Origin: Antedon mediterranea
Lineage: Eukaryota; Animalia; Echinodermata
Direction of reading: 5' to 3'
DNA length: 64,000 bases
Assembly (NCBI RefSeq): GCF_964355755.1
Contig: NC_092672.1
Location: 16,877,237-16,941,236 of the forward strand
Made by a program: the position numbers and the translations under genes. Below, one piece after another: positions 42,141 to 54,200 of this stretch. How positions within the stretch are numbered: position 1 is the stretch's first letter; each line of letters opens with the position of its first letter. Below the pieces are notes generated by a model, which saw only the letters and a list, made by a program, of their open reading frames with translations, searched no databases and was not told the DNA's origin.

Positions 42141-43169
42141 ATACTAATAAAATAATAAAATGGATATGCAATATGTGTTACCATCATTTTGAGCTTCCTC
42201 ATTTTGAGCTTCCTCATTTGATTCATATTGATCACCTGTATAGAAATATAAACACAATAAAGAATGTCAACTATTAAACGTCAATGAAAGTAGCAATCAC
42301 AACTTTTATTTCATATATAACACAGTACAATCAAATGCTTGTAACCCAATAGCAATGACTTATTAACAATAAACAATTTACCATAGCTTTCATCAACCCC
42401 ATCCAAAATTAATCCATTCTCTGCCGCTACTCTCTCTCTCTCTTCTATCACCATCAACTAAATAAACAAACAAATTTATAATATATTTCACTCAATATTA
42501 ACAAATTCTTCTATGTAATTAATTCACAGTATTTAACAGCAATCCCTATTTGACTGTACACGTCATATTCATTATGTGCTAATATTAACTTCCATACCGT
42601 AAAGTCCATAAGCATCATTGAGGGTAACTGCCTCTTGACTTTCCATTTCTCCTTTTGCACTACTACTACTACCTTTTTCAACTAAATAAAAATAAACAAA
42701 ACACTGTATACTTTTAGTATTTGACATACAGCAAATAATTTAATGATTTATTTAAAATGTCAAACAAATATTTATTTATTTACTACACTACTAAAAATGT
42801 AAAATATTATTGTGAAAAAAAATTACCTGATGTCTGATCATCATCAAAGTTGTCATCTGTCAGTATGTTTTGAAGTAGTTCCATGGCTAAAATAAAATAG
42901 ATGAATGAACATCTTTAAAACTATTTGTACACCTAAAGAGTGCACAGTTCTTATTTTATTTACCTATAATTTTTCTTTCCTAATCATTAGTAGAATGCTT
43001 GTATATTAAACTTAAATACCATGTATCTCAAGTCATTGCTTACCTTTACTTATTGGGGCATTTCCTGTCCATGTTGTCCTGGGTGGGGAAGATGTGGTAT
43101 TTCTGACTGTTTCTCTAACATCTAAAACAAAATAATATTCACAAATAAAATACTAAATAGGTCTATTTT

Positions 43170-43935
43170 TAAGCTAGGTTAGGCTTTCCCATTTCTCTAG
43201 ACCTACAAATAACGGAACCCCTATCTACTGTACCATAGGCCTACTAGGCTTAGTCCTAGACATAACCTAGACTAGGCCTACTATACTAACTAGGCTAATA
43301 TAGATTAGCTACTACTATGGTCAGGCTTGTACTAACTAGCCAAGGTAGCCTAGCTAGTACATAATCCTGACCTGGCCCAAGTACTAGCTAGTAGTAGCTA
43401 GTCTATCTCCTACAGTAGGATTAGGCAAGGCTATAAAATAATAATTATACTAGGCCTAAGTAATACTAATAGCCTATTATTAATAGAGTAGGCCTAGGCT
43501 AGGCCTAGTAGTAGTAGGTAACTTAACCCAGCCTACTAGAAGCCAGGGCGGTGGGCATCTCTCTAGCTTTAGTTTAGGCTTACTTAGGCCTAGGCATATA
43601 GCCTATTCTAGTAGGCCTAGCATAAAAAATGACATCTATGCCTAGCCTAGGCCTAGCTAGTAGTAGTAGTAGGGCCTATAGCTAGGCCTACTAGAGTACT
43701 AGTACTACTACTAGCCTAGTAGGTAGCCTAGCCTAGGCCTACTACTAATAGTAGGCAAGAGGCCTGGTGGCCCTATATTTAGGCCTAGGCTTACCTCTTA
43801 CCTAGTTCTAGCCTAGCTAGCTAGGCGACTAGACCTATGCCTAGCTAGGCAATAGCTAGGTTAGGGAGAGCCAGCAGTACCAGCAGTAGTAGTAGGCTAG
43901 CCTACCTACTTGAATGAGGCTGTAGCCTACCTAAA
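43170..43935. repeat. TAGGCCTA/CTAG/TAG-rich low-complexity tract in the first intron of the transposase
   Basis: Dozens of TAGGCCTA, CTAGCTAG and TAGTAG words. Confidence 0.85.
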
Positions 43936-44042
43936 GAAATATTAAATAATGTCTATCTACGCCTAAGAAATATCTTATTATTCGTTTTCTTACTTTTCTG
44001 AGCCATCTGGACTAATTTGTATGCTCTACTTGTACGATCCAT

Positions 44043-44220
44043 TGTTATTGCGAATATTGCTGCTGCCAGTCTAGTCGAGAACGAGTCACGAGAGAGAGTA
44101 AACAAATTATTTGTTTTTTCGCGGGTGTAGCATCACGTGACTCTGTGCGTCTTGCATTGTCAAGATCGTTGCTATGTACGTCATCGTCAACGCGTGGGAA
44201 TCAGCTTATAAAGCAACGTA
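44043..44220 (-). promoter_or_regulatory. Putative CpG-rich promoter/5'UTR of the transposase
   Basis: CpG-dense patch directly upstream of the ATG. It contains TTTTCGCGG (E2F-like, ~44116), TCACGTGA (E-box, 44133-44140) and TACGTCA (CRE-like, ~44177). These are motif matches only. Confidence 0.4.
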
Positions 44221-44371
44221 ACTACAACTTCCAGGATGTGGAAATGTAATACAATTCCGTGGCAGAACCACGTATCTGTTAGATACGTGGTTTTGCCTTG
44301 TAATCTTAAAGATACGTGGTTTTGCCACGGAAAATACCAGAATTATTATTGTTTTGCTTAAAGATACGTGG
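44212..44371. repeat. Right subterminal copies of the TIR motif, including a 17-bp-stem inverted pair
   Basis: GGCAGAACCACGTATCT-GTT-AGATACGTGGTTTTGCC (44261-44297). Further AGATACGTGG copies lie at ~44310 and ~44361. Confidence 0.8.
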
Positions 44372-44478
44372 TACTATCTAAAAAAGTAATGATCTCTGAG
44401 ACTTGAAATTTTCACAGGATGTACAGCAACTTCAATAATTTCCCCAAATGAAAAAATCTCAAAATCGTCCAAAATGCG

Positions 44479-44507
44479 AGTTACGTGGTTTTACCTTGGA
44501 ACGGCCG
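44479..44507 (-). repeat. Right terminal inverted repeat of the Sola element
   Basis: AGTTACGTGGTTTTACCTTGGAACGGCCG is the reverse complement of the left TIR with one mismatch. Confidence 0.95.
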
Positions 44508-46888
44508 GGGGGACCATAGTATTTTTTTCGAAAAATGGACAAAATTTCCAATTTCTAAAATTCGAAAATTATGCTATAATATTGCCATTTATCCAAATAT
44601 ATTGTGATAACATCATCTTATAGAGACATAGCAACTAGTTATGTCAAAAAAAAGGGTCGAAAAATGACACCATTTTCCACTTTTTAAAATAAAATAAATA
44701 TGCTATAATATTTCCATTTATACAGATATATTTTGCTAACATCATCTTATAGAATCATAGTAACGAATTATATCAAAAATTAAAAGGGTTGAAATTTGAC
44801 AATTTTTCAAAAATTTTCCTGCGGGGGACCATAAGATTTTTTTCGAAAATGAACTAAATTTCCAATTTCTAAAATTCGAAAATTATGCTATAATATTGCC
44901 ATTTATGCAAATATATTGTGCTAACATCATCTTATAGAGCCATAGTAAAAAAAAAATAAAAGGGTCGAAATTTTGCAATTTTTCGAAAATTTTCCTGCGG
45001 GGATCATAGGAAGTTTTTTGAAAAACAAACAAAAAATAAACAAAATTTCCACCTTTTAAAATTCAATAATTAGGCTATAATATTGCCATTTATGCACATA
45101 TATTGTGTTAACATCAACTTATAGAGACATAGTAACGAGTTATGTCAAAAAATAAAAGGGTCGAAATTTGGCAATTTTTTGGAAAATTATGCGGGGGACC
45201 ATAGAGATTTTTTCGAAAAATTGACAAAATTTCCAATTTCTACAATTCGAAAATTATGCTATAATATTGTAATTTATACAAATATATTGTGCTAACATCA
45301 TCTTATAAAGCCATAGTAACGAATTATGTCAAAAAATAAAAGGGTTGAAAGTTTGCCATTTTTCGATAATTTTCCTGCGGGGGACCATAGTATTTTTTTC
45401 GAAAAATGGACAAAATTTCCAATTTCTAAAATTCGAAAATTATGCTATAATATTGCAATTTATCCAAATATATTGTGATAACATCATCTTATAGAGACAT
45501 AGCAACTAGTTATGTCAAAAAAATAAAAGGGTCGAAAAATGGCACCATTTTCCACTTTTTAAAATAAAATAAATATGCTATAATATTTCCATTTATACAG
45601 ATATATTTTGCTAACATCATCTTATAGAGTCATAGTAACGAATTATATCAAAAATTAAAAGGGTTGAAACTTGACAATTTTTCGAAAATTTTCCTTCGGG
45701 GGACCATAAGAATTTTTTCGAAAATGAACTAAATTTTCAATTTCTAAAATTTGAAAATTATGCTATTATATTGCATTTTATGCAAATATATTGAGTTAAC
45801 ATCAACTTATAGAGACATAGTAACGAGTTATGTCAAAAAATAAAAGGGTCGAAATTTGGCCATTTTTGCGAAAATTTCCCTGCGGGGGACCATAGAGATT
45901 TTTTCGAAAAATTGACAAAATTTCCAATTTCTACAATTCAAAAATTATGCTATAATATTGTAATTTATACAAATATATTGTGCTAACATCATCTTATAGA
46001 GCCATAGTAACGAATTATGTCAAAAAATAAAAGGGTTGAAAGTTGGCCATTTTTCGATAATTTTCCTGTGGGGGACCATAGTATTTTTTTCGAAAAATGG
46101 ACAAAATTTCCAATTTCTAAAATTCGAAAATTATGCTATAATATTGCCATTTATCAAAATATATTGTGATAACATCATCTTATAGAAACATAGCAACTAG
46201 TTATGTCAAAAAAAAGGGTCGAAAAATGGCACCATTTTCCACTTTTTAAAATAAAATAAATATGCTATAATATTTCCATTTATACAGATATATTTTGCTA
46301 ACATCATCTTATAGAATCATAGTAACGAATTATATCAAAAATTAAAAGGGTTGAAATTTGACAATTTTTCGAAAATTTTCCTGCGGGGGACCATAAGATT
46401 TTTTTCGAAAATGAACTAAATTTCCAATTTCTAAAATTCGAAAATTATGCTATAATATTGCCATTTATGCAAATATATTGTGCTAACATCATCTTATAGA
46501 GCCATAGTAAAAAAAATAAAAGGGTCGAAATTTTGCAATTTTTCGAAAATTTTCCTGCGGGGATCATAGGAAGTTTTTTGAAAAACAAACAAAAAATAAA
46601 CAAAATTTCCACCTTTTAAAATTAAATAATTAGGCTATAATATTGCCATTTATACAGATATATTTTGCTAACATCATCTTATAGAGCCATAGTAACTAGT
46701 TATGTCATCAAATAAAAGGGTCGAAATTTGGCCATTTTCCGAAAATTTTCCTGCGGGGGACAATAGGATTTTTTTTCGAAAAATGGACAAAATTTCCACT
46801 TTTTAAAATTCGAAAATTATGCTATAATATTGCCATTTATGCAAATATATTGTGCAAACATCATCTTTTAGAGCCATAGTAACTAGTT
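44508..46888. repeat. Satellite B, block 2
   Basis: Resumes in register (GGGGGACCATAGTATTTT) directly after the Sola TIR. Confidence 0.95.
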
Positions 46889-47259
46889 TTTTTTTTCTCT
46901 CTTTTGTGGCGCAAACACCACTTTTATTCACATTCATATTATCTCATATTACATAAAATCGTATTATTTAACTTGTAAATGTCGTTACAGTTCATAAGTA
47001 ACATTTTTACATATATGAATTCTGTATTACTCCTTTTTTCATTAATTTTCTTATATTTTGTTATACACTTGACAGGATCATCATTATCATCTATCCCGTT
47101 TTAAAATAGTTCACACATTTTCATTTGTTTGTTTTCATTTTACAACCCGGATTATACAATATATTTATATACATGATAAAAAAAAACAATAATAGCTCAG
47201 TACCACCAGTAACCCGTATCACTGTAATTCTTTTTCAGTTAATCGTATCAAATTAGAAA

Positions 47260-47463
47260 TTATACTATCATAATCTTATTTCTTAAAGCTACCCATTTTT
47301 CTATACTTGTTTCTTTATTGTTATATGTTTCACATTCAATGTTATATAACATATTGCTTTTAAATGAATTCCATAAAGATTTACCCACTGGCTTATTTAG
47401 TGCAGATAACATTTTTATTCTATAAATAGTAAATGCTGCAAACGTGTAAATATAATCTATTAC
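47260..47463 (-). pseudogene. ORF2 C-terminal tail of LINE copy 1 (non-inverted 3' segment), followed by 3'UTR and poly(A) to 46887
   Basis: Minus-strand frame VIDYIYTFAAFTIYRIKMLSALNKPVGKSLWNSFKSNMLYNIECETYNNKETSIEKWVALRNKIMIV*. TTTATT lies at 46923-46928 and T10 at 46887-46896. Confidence 0.8.
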
Positions 47464-50400
47464 GAAAAGGTCTTGAATGCAAAATTGTTAAAAAGTTAAC
47501 TGATATTGATGGAAGATATATATTTCTTAATTTAATGATAAATGAAAAGGAACTGGACATTATAAATATTTATGCTCCTAATGAAAGCAAAAATAGAAGT
47601 GCATTCTTTAGGACCATACACAAATGTTACAATGACTTTGATGGAGGGAAGGGTAATTCTATCATTCTAGGTGGAGATCTGAATTGCATCATGAATAGTG
47701 ACATTGACCAAAAAGGTAGCGCAAATAGGTCTGATAAATCTGTTTTTACGATTAAAAACCTAATGAAAAATTTAAATTTAAATGATATTTGGAGATCCAA
47801 AAACATGAATAAGCGACAATTTACGTGGCGTAAGAGATTTAACAACATTTTCCGTAGGCTGGATTACTGGTTAATATCAGAAGATCTCTTTTCAAATGGA
47901 GATGTTTTAGCCTGTGACATTCGTCCAGCTATTCTCACAGATCACCAGGCGGTATCAATTAAAATAGATTTGCATGAAAAAAAACGCGGTCCTGGTTTAT
48001 GGATGTTCAACAATAGCTTTCTGAAAGATGAAACATTTACAAAATTAGTAATTAAAATAATTGATGTTTCAATACTAAAAAATAATAGAGAACCTGTAAG
48101 TGCAAGTTTGCTATGGGAGCTTGTAAAAACAAAAATAAAAGAATTTTCAATTGCATACGGAAAACAAAAAAATAAAAACCAGAATAAAAAGAAAGAAAAA
48201 TTACAAAAACAAATAAAAAACTTAAATGAAACAATCATGAATAGTGACATTGACCAAAAAGGTAGCGCAAATAGGTCTGATAAATCTGTTTTTACGATTA
48301 AAAACCTAATGAAAAATTTAAATTTAAATGATATTTGGAGATCCAAAAACATGAATAAGCGACAATTTACGTGGCGTAAGAGATTTAACAACATTTTCCG
48401 TAGGCTGGATTACTGGTTAATATCAGAAGATCTCTTTTCAAATGGAGATGTTTTAGCCTGTGACATTCGTCCAGCTATTCTCACAGATCACCAGGCGGTA
48501 TCAATTAAAATAGATTTGCATGAAAAAAAACGCGGTCCTGGTTTATGGATGTTCAACAATAGCTTTCTGAAAGATGAAACATTTACAAAATTAGTAATTA
48601 AAATAATTGATGTTTCAATACTAAAAAATAATAGAGAACCTGTAAGTGCAAGTTTGCTATGGGAGCTTGTAAAAACAAAAATAAAAGAATTTTCAATTGC
48701 ATACGGAAAAAAAAAAAAATAAAAACCAGAATAAAAAGAAAGAAAAATTACAAAAACAAATAAAAAACTTAAATGAAACAATTATGAATACTCAAAATTG
48801 TGATATAACCATTGAAAATAAAATTGAAAACAAAAAAATAGAGCTTGAAAACATTTATAATGTAGAAGCAAAAGGCGCGCAAATTAGGTCCAGAGTAAAA
48901 TGGATAGAGGAAGGCGAGCGGAATACAAAATACTTTCTTGGGTTAGAAAGATCCAAAAGTAAAAAGAAACACATAAAAAGTTTAATTACTAAAGATGGGA
49001 GCTTAGCAACGAGCCCAATTGATATTTTAAAGGAACAAATACAACATTTCGAAGGATTATACGCAAAAAATGTCATAAACCCTGGAAAAATTAATAAATA
49101 CCTTTGTAATTCTATTATAAACAAGCTTTCAGAAATAGAAAAAGAAAATTGTGAAGGTTACGTCACTATTGATGAGTGTAAAAAGGCCATTTCAATGATG
49201 GAAAAAAATAAAACACCTGGATCGGATGGTCTAAGTGTTGAATTTTATGTGTTTTTTTGGAATAATATTAAACATTTAATTTGCGATGCGTTAAATGAAA
49301 GTTATAATTCTCAAGAATTATTCTTTTCGCAAAAACGAGGTGTAATCACCCTTTTGTTCAAGGATGGAGAAAGAGAAAATTTGAATAATTGGCGTCCCAT
49401 TACCCTCTTAAACACCGATTACAAAATTCTTGCACATGTATTAAGTAACAGACTTAAAATGGTTATTAAATCAATAGTAAGTTCAGACCAAAAAGGTTAT
49501 ATAAAAGGCCGTTTCGCTGGTGAAAACATTCGGTTAATAGAAGACCTGCTTTATTATACAGAGTGTAATGATAATAATTACCGTAGATTTTAAGAAGGCT
49601 TTTGACTCTATTAGTAGAGATTTTATGTTCAATGTTCTAGAAAAGTTTAACTTTGGAATGTTCTTTTGTAACTGGGTAAAAGTATTATACAATAACGTTG
49701 AATGTGTCACAGTTAACAATGGTTGGGTTTCAAACAATTTTAAAATGGAAAGAGGTATTAGACAAGGTTGTCCTCTATCTGCTCTGTTATTCATTTTAGT
49801 GGTTGAAGTAATGGCATCTAGAATAAGAAACAAAGATGACTATAAGGGTATTAAACTTCCAAATAATGAAAATAACATAAAAGCTAGAATAAGCCAATTA
49901 GCCGATGATACTGTTTTGTATGTTGGTAATGACAAAAGTATTAAGTCAGCAGTCAGTGTAATTGAACGTTTTTGTGAAGTATCTGGAATGACACTAAATA
50001 AAAAAAAAAACCAATGCTTTTTGGATTGGTAAATAGAAGAACAGAATAGATAGACCTTTAGAATTAAATTGGGTAAAACACCCGATCAAAATTTTAGGCA
50101 TATATGTAGGGTATAATACAGAAGAATGTACCAGAAAAAACTGGGATGTTAAATTAATAGAGCTAGAAAAGACTTTAAAACAATGGAATGCTAGAAATCT
50201 CTCAATTTTTGGTAGAATAATAATCCTGAAAAGTCTTACACTATCTAAATTAACATATTCTGCAAATATCACTGATGTTCCAAAATATGTATATACACAA
50301 GTTACAAATCTAATATATAATTTTATTTGGAACAATAAAAGGGAAAAGATAAAAAGAAAAACTCTAATTGGTGATGTTGAGATGGGAGGCATTAAAATGC

Positions 50401-51294
50401 CTGATTTTACTCTTCATGTTAACGCACTCATGTGTGGCTGGTTAAAAAGAATTATGAATGATGATGGTGCTAAATGGAAAAATATTCCAATGTATTATAT
50501 TAAAAAAATATGTGATGTTAATGTTTTACTTAATATGTCATGTTATAACATTATTGATGTTAATTCTGATAAAATTCCACTGTTTTACAAAAATATGATA
50601 AAAGCCTACATAAATTATAACAGAATCTCTAAAAAAAAACCTGAAACTTATAACGATATAATGAATGAGCAACTGTGGGGAAACCACTACGTTAAACTAA
50701 AAAAAAATCACTTTTCTCCAAGCATTGGATTGACAGTGGCATTATCAGTATTAAAGACATTGTTAATAAGAACACTTTTTTAACATCAAACGAAATACTG
50801 GTGAAACTACAATGTAAAACAAACTGGTTAAATGAGTATTTGTGCATTATTAAGGCAATACCAATTCAATGGAAACGTATTATTAAGGAGGTAGATATTT
50901 TCAATTGTGATGATAATGATGAATTAGTTGGGACCAAGTATGAGATTAATACTACCAAACTAATATACTCATGGTTTGTGAAAGAATATTTCATTACTCC
51001 AATGTCACAACTAAAATGGGAAGAGTACTTCAATGATAACAACATTGATTGGAAAACTTCTTGGTTACGGAAAGTATGTAAAATGAAAGATAAGAAACTA
51101 GCACAATTCAATTATAAGATGTTACATAGAATACTGCCTACCAACAAACGGCTGTATCAGTGGACAAATGTGGAGAAATTGAAAATGAAAATCATTTGTT
51201 TTTTAGTTGTAGATTTATTCAGAAATATTGGAGGAAAATGCTTAGTATCTTTGTAAGTTTAAATCACAATAATATATCATTTAAACAATTAATA
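47464..51294 (+). pseudogene. ORF2 (AP endonuclease + reverse transcriptase) of LINE copy 1, multiply disrupted
   Basis: EN motifs NIYAPN, GGDLN, RLDYW, TDH; RT motifs KTPGSDG, NWRPITLLN, DFKKAFD, RQGCPLS, QLADD. Lesions: A-run frameshifts at ~48710, ~50000 and ~50700, an 11-bp deletion at ~49571, TAG at 50034-50036, and a 25-bp deletion at ~51162 that removes part of the CCHC knuckle. Confidence 0.93.
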
Positions 51295-54200
51295 CCATAG
51301 TAACTAGTTATGTCAAAATATAAAAGCGTCGCAATTTTGACATTTTTTGAAAATATTCCTGCGGGGGACCACAGGAATTTTTTCGAAAAATAACCAAAAT
51401 TTCCACCTTTAAACTTCAATAATTAGCCTATAATATTGCCATTTATGCACATATATTGTGTTAACATCATCTTATAGAGCCATAGTAACTAGTTATCATG
51501 TCAAAAAATGAAAGGATCGACATTTGGCAATTTTTTCGAAAATTTCCCTGAAATTCCATAGAGATTTTTTCGAAAAATTGACAAAATTTCAAATTTCTAC
51601 AATTCGAAAATTATGCTATAATATTGTAATTTATACAAATATATTGTGCTAACATCATCTTATAGAGCCATAGTAACGAATTATGTCAAAAAATAAAAGG
51701 GTTGAAAGTTGGCCATTTTTCGATAATTTTTCTGCGGGGGACCATAGTATTTTTTTTCGAAAAATGGACAAAATTTCCAATTTCTAAAATTCGAAAATTA
51801 TGCTATAATATTGCCATTTATCCAAATATATTGTGATAACATCATCTTATAGAGACATAGCAACTAGTTATGTCAAAAAAATAAAAGGGTCGAAAAATGG
51901 CACCATTTTCCACTTTTTAAAATAAAATAAAAAAGCTATAATATTTCCATTTATACAGATATATTTTGCTAACATCATCTTATAGAGTCATAGTAACGAA
52001 TTATATCAAAAATTAAAAGGGTTGAAATTTGACAATTTTTCGAAAATTTTTCCTTCGGGGGACCATAAGAATTTTTTCGAAAATGAACTAAATTTCCAAT
52101 TTCTAAAATTCGAAAATTATGCTATAATATTGCCATTTATGCAAATATATTGTGCTAACATCATCTTATAGAGCCATAGTAAAAAAAATAAAAGGGTCGA
52201 AATTTTGCAATTTTTCGAAAATTTTCCTGCGGGGATCATAGGAAGTTTTTTGAAAAACAAACAAAAAATAAATAAAATTTCCACCTTTTAAAATTAAATA
52301 ATTAGGCTATAATATTGCCATTTATACAGATATATTTTGCTAACATCATCTTATAGAGCCATAGTAACTAGTTATGTCATCAAATAAAAGGGTCGAAATT
52401 TGGCCATTTTCCGAAAATTTCCCTGCGGGGGACAATAGGAATTTTTTTCGAAAAATGGACAAAATTTCCACTTTTTAAAATTCGAAAATTATGCTATAAT
52501 ATTGCCATTTATGCAAATATATTGTGCAAACATCACTTATAGAGCCATAGTAACTAGTTATGTCAAAAAATAAAAGCGTCGCAATTTTGACATTTTTGGA
52601 AAATATTCCTTCGGGGGACCACAGGAATTTTTTCGAAAAATAACCAAAATTTCCACCTTTAAACTTCAATAATTAGCCTATAATATTGCCATTTATGCAC
52701 ATATATTGTGTTAACATCATCTTATAGAGCCATAAATAGTAACTAGTTATCATGTCAAAAAATGAAAGGATCGACATTTGGCCATTTTTCGAAAATTTTC
52801 CTGCGGGGGACCACAGGAATTTTTTCAAAAAAATAACCAAAATTTCCACCTTTTAAAATTCAATAATTAGGCTATAATATTGCCATTTATGCACATATAT
52901 TGTATTAACATCAACTTATACAGACATAGTAACGAGTTATGTCAAAAAATAAAAGGGTCGAAATTTGGCAATTTTTGCGAAAATTTTCCTGAAATTCCAT
53001 AGAGATTTTTTCGAAAAATTGACAAAATTTCAAATTTCTACAATTCGAAAATTATGCTATAATATTGTAATTTATACAAATATATTGTGCTAACATCATC
53101 TTATAAAGCCATAGTAACGAATTATGTCAAAAAATAAAAGGGTTGAAAGTTTGCCATTTTTCGATAATTTTCCTGCGGGGGACCATAGTATTTTTTTCGA
53201 AAAATGGACAAAATTTCCAATTTCTAAAATTCGAAAATTATGCTATAATATTGCAATTTATCCAAATATATTGTGATAACATCATCTTATAGAGACATAG
53301 CAACTAGTTATGTCAAAAAAATAAAAGGGTCGAAAAATGGCACCATTTTCCACTTTTTAAAATAAAATAAATATGCTATAATATTTCCATTTATACAGAT
53401 ATATTTTGCTAACATCATCTTATAGAGTCATAGTAACGAATTATATCAAAAATTATAAGGGTTGAAACTTGACAATTTTTCGAAAATTTTCCTTCGGGGG
53501 ACCATAAGAATTTTTTCGAAAATGAACTAAATTTTCAATTTCTAAAATTTGAAAATTATGCTATTATATTGCATTTTATGCAAATATATTGAGTTAACAT
53601 CAACTTATAGAGACATAGTAACGAGTTATGTCAAAAAATAAAAGGGTCGAAATTTGGCCATTTTTGCGAAAATTTCCCTGCGGGGGACCATAGAGATTTT
53701 TTCGAAAAATTGACAAAATTTCCAATTTCTACAATTCAAAAATTATGCTATAATATTGTAATTTATACAAATATATTGTGCTAACATCATCTTATAGAGC
53801 CATAGTAACGAATTATGTCAAAAAATAAAAGGATTGAAAGTTGGCCATTTTTCGATAATTTTCCTGTGGGGGACCATAGTATTTTTTTCGAAAAATGGAC
53901 AAAATTTCCAATTTCTAAAATTCGAAAATTATGCTATAATATTGCCATTTATCAAAATATATTGTGATAACATCATCTTATAGAAACATAGCAACTAGTT
54001 ATGTCAAAAAAAAGGGTCGAAAATGGCACCATTTTCCACTTTTTAAAATAAAATAAATATGCTATAATATTTCCATTTATACAGATATATTTTGCTAACA
54101 TCATCTTATAGAATCATAGTAACGAATTATATCAAAAATTAAAAGGGTTGAAATTTGACAATTTTTCGAAAATTTTCCTGCGGGGGACCATAAGATTTTT

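Larger units (their letters stand above)
38195..44042 (-). pseudogene. Multi-exon Sola-type DDD transposase gene, disrupted
   Basis: Predicted GT-AG exons: 44042-43994 (MDRTSRAYKLVQMAQK), 43121-43044, 42886-42827, 42681-42598, 42457-42382, 42235-42182 and 39898-38195. The last exon has a +1 frameshift at ~39437 (EH/IESFRPVISHYRREHAPNRRYL) and an in-frame TAA at 38540-38542. These join the listed 105-, 268- and 90-aa ORFs into one protein. Confidence 0.82.
37419..44507 (-). mobile_element. Full-length Sola-superfamily (Sola1-like) DNA transposon, 7089 bp, with a defective transposase
   Basis: 29-bp TIRs with 1 mismatch. GGGG is duplicated at 37415-37418 and 44508-44511; empty satB monomers have 5 Gs, versus 4+5 here. 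The internal transposase has the motifs CADMQK, YYFSRKL, WHEGEAGR, WADNCGSQNKN and HTFMAADS. Confidence 0.85.
46889..51294. mobile_element. Tx1/L1-clade non-LTR retrotransposon, 5'-truncated and 5'-inverted, copy 1
   Basis: TSD CCATAGTAACTAGTT at 46874-46888 and 51295-51309. The poly(A) and AATAAA are on the minus strand at the left end, while the EN-RT body is on the plus strand. Confidence 0.92.

Noticed and set aside
42185-42210. CATTTTGAGC in a transposase exon matching a satA word
   Set aside because: Only 10 bp, and explained by the NEEAQ codon repeat; probably coincidence.
47433-47463. ATG start MLQTCKYNLL of the 429-aa and 870-aa ORFs as the true ORF2 start
   Set aside because: It is the antisense of the inverted C-terminal fragment. 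The real EN N-terminus and ORF1 are missing.
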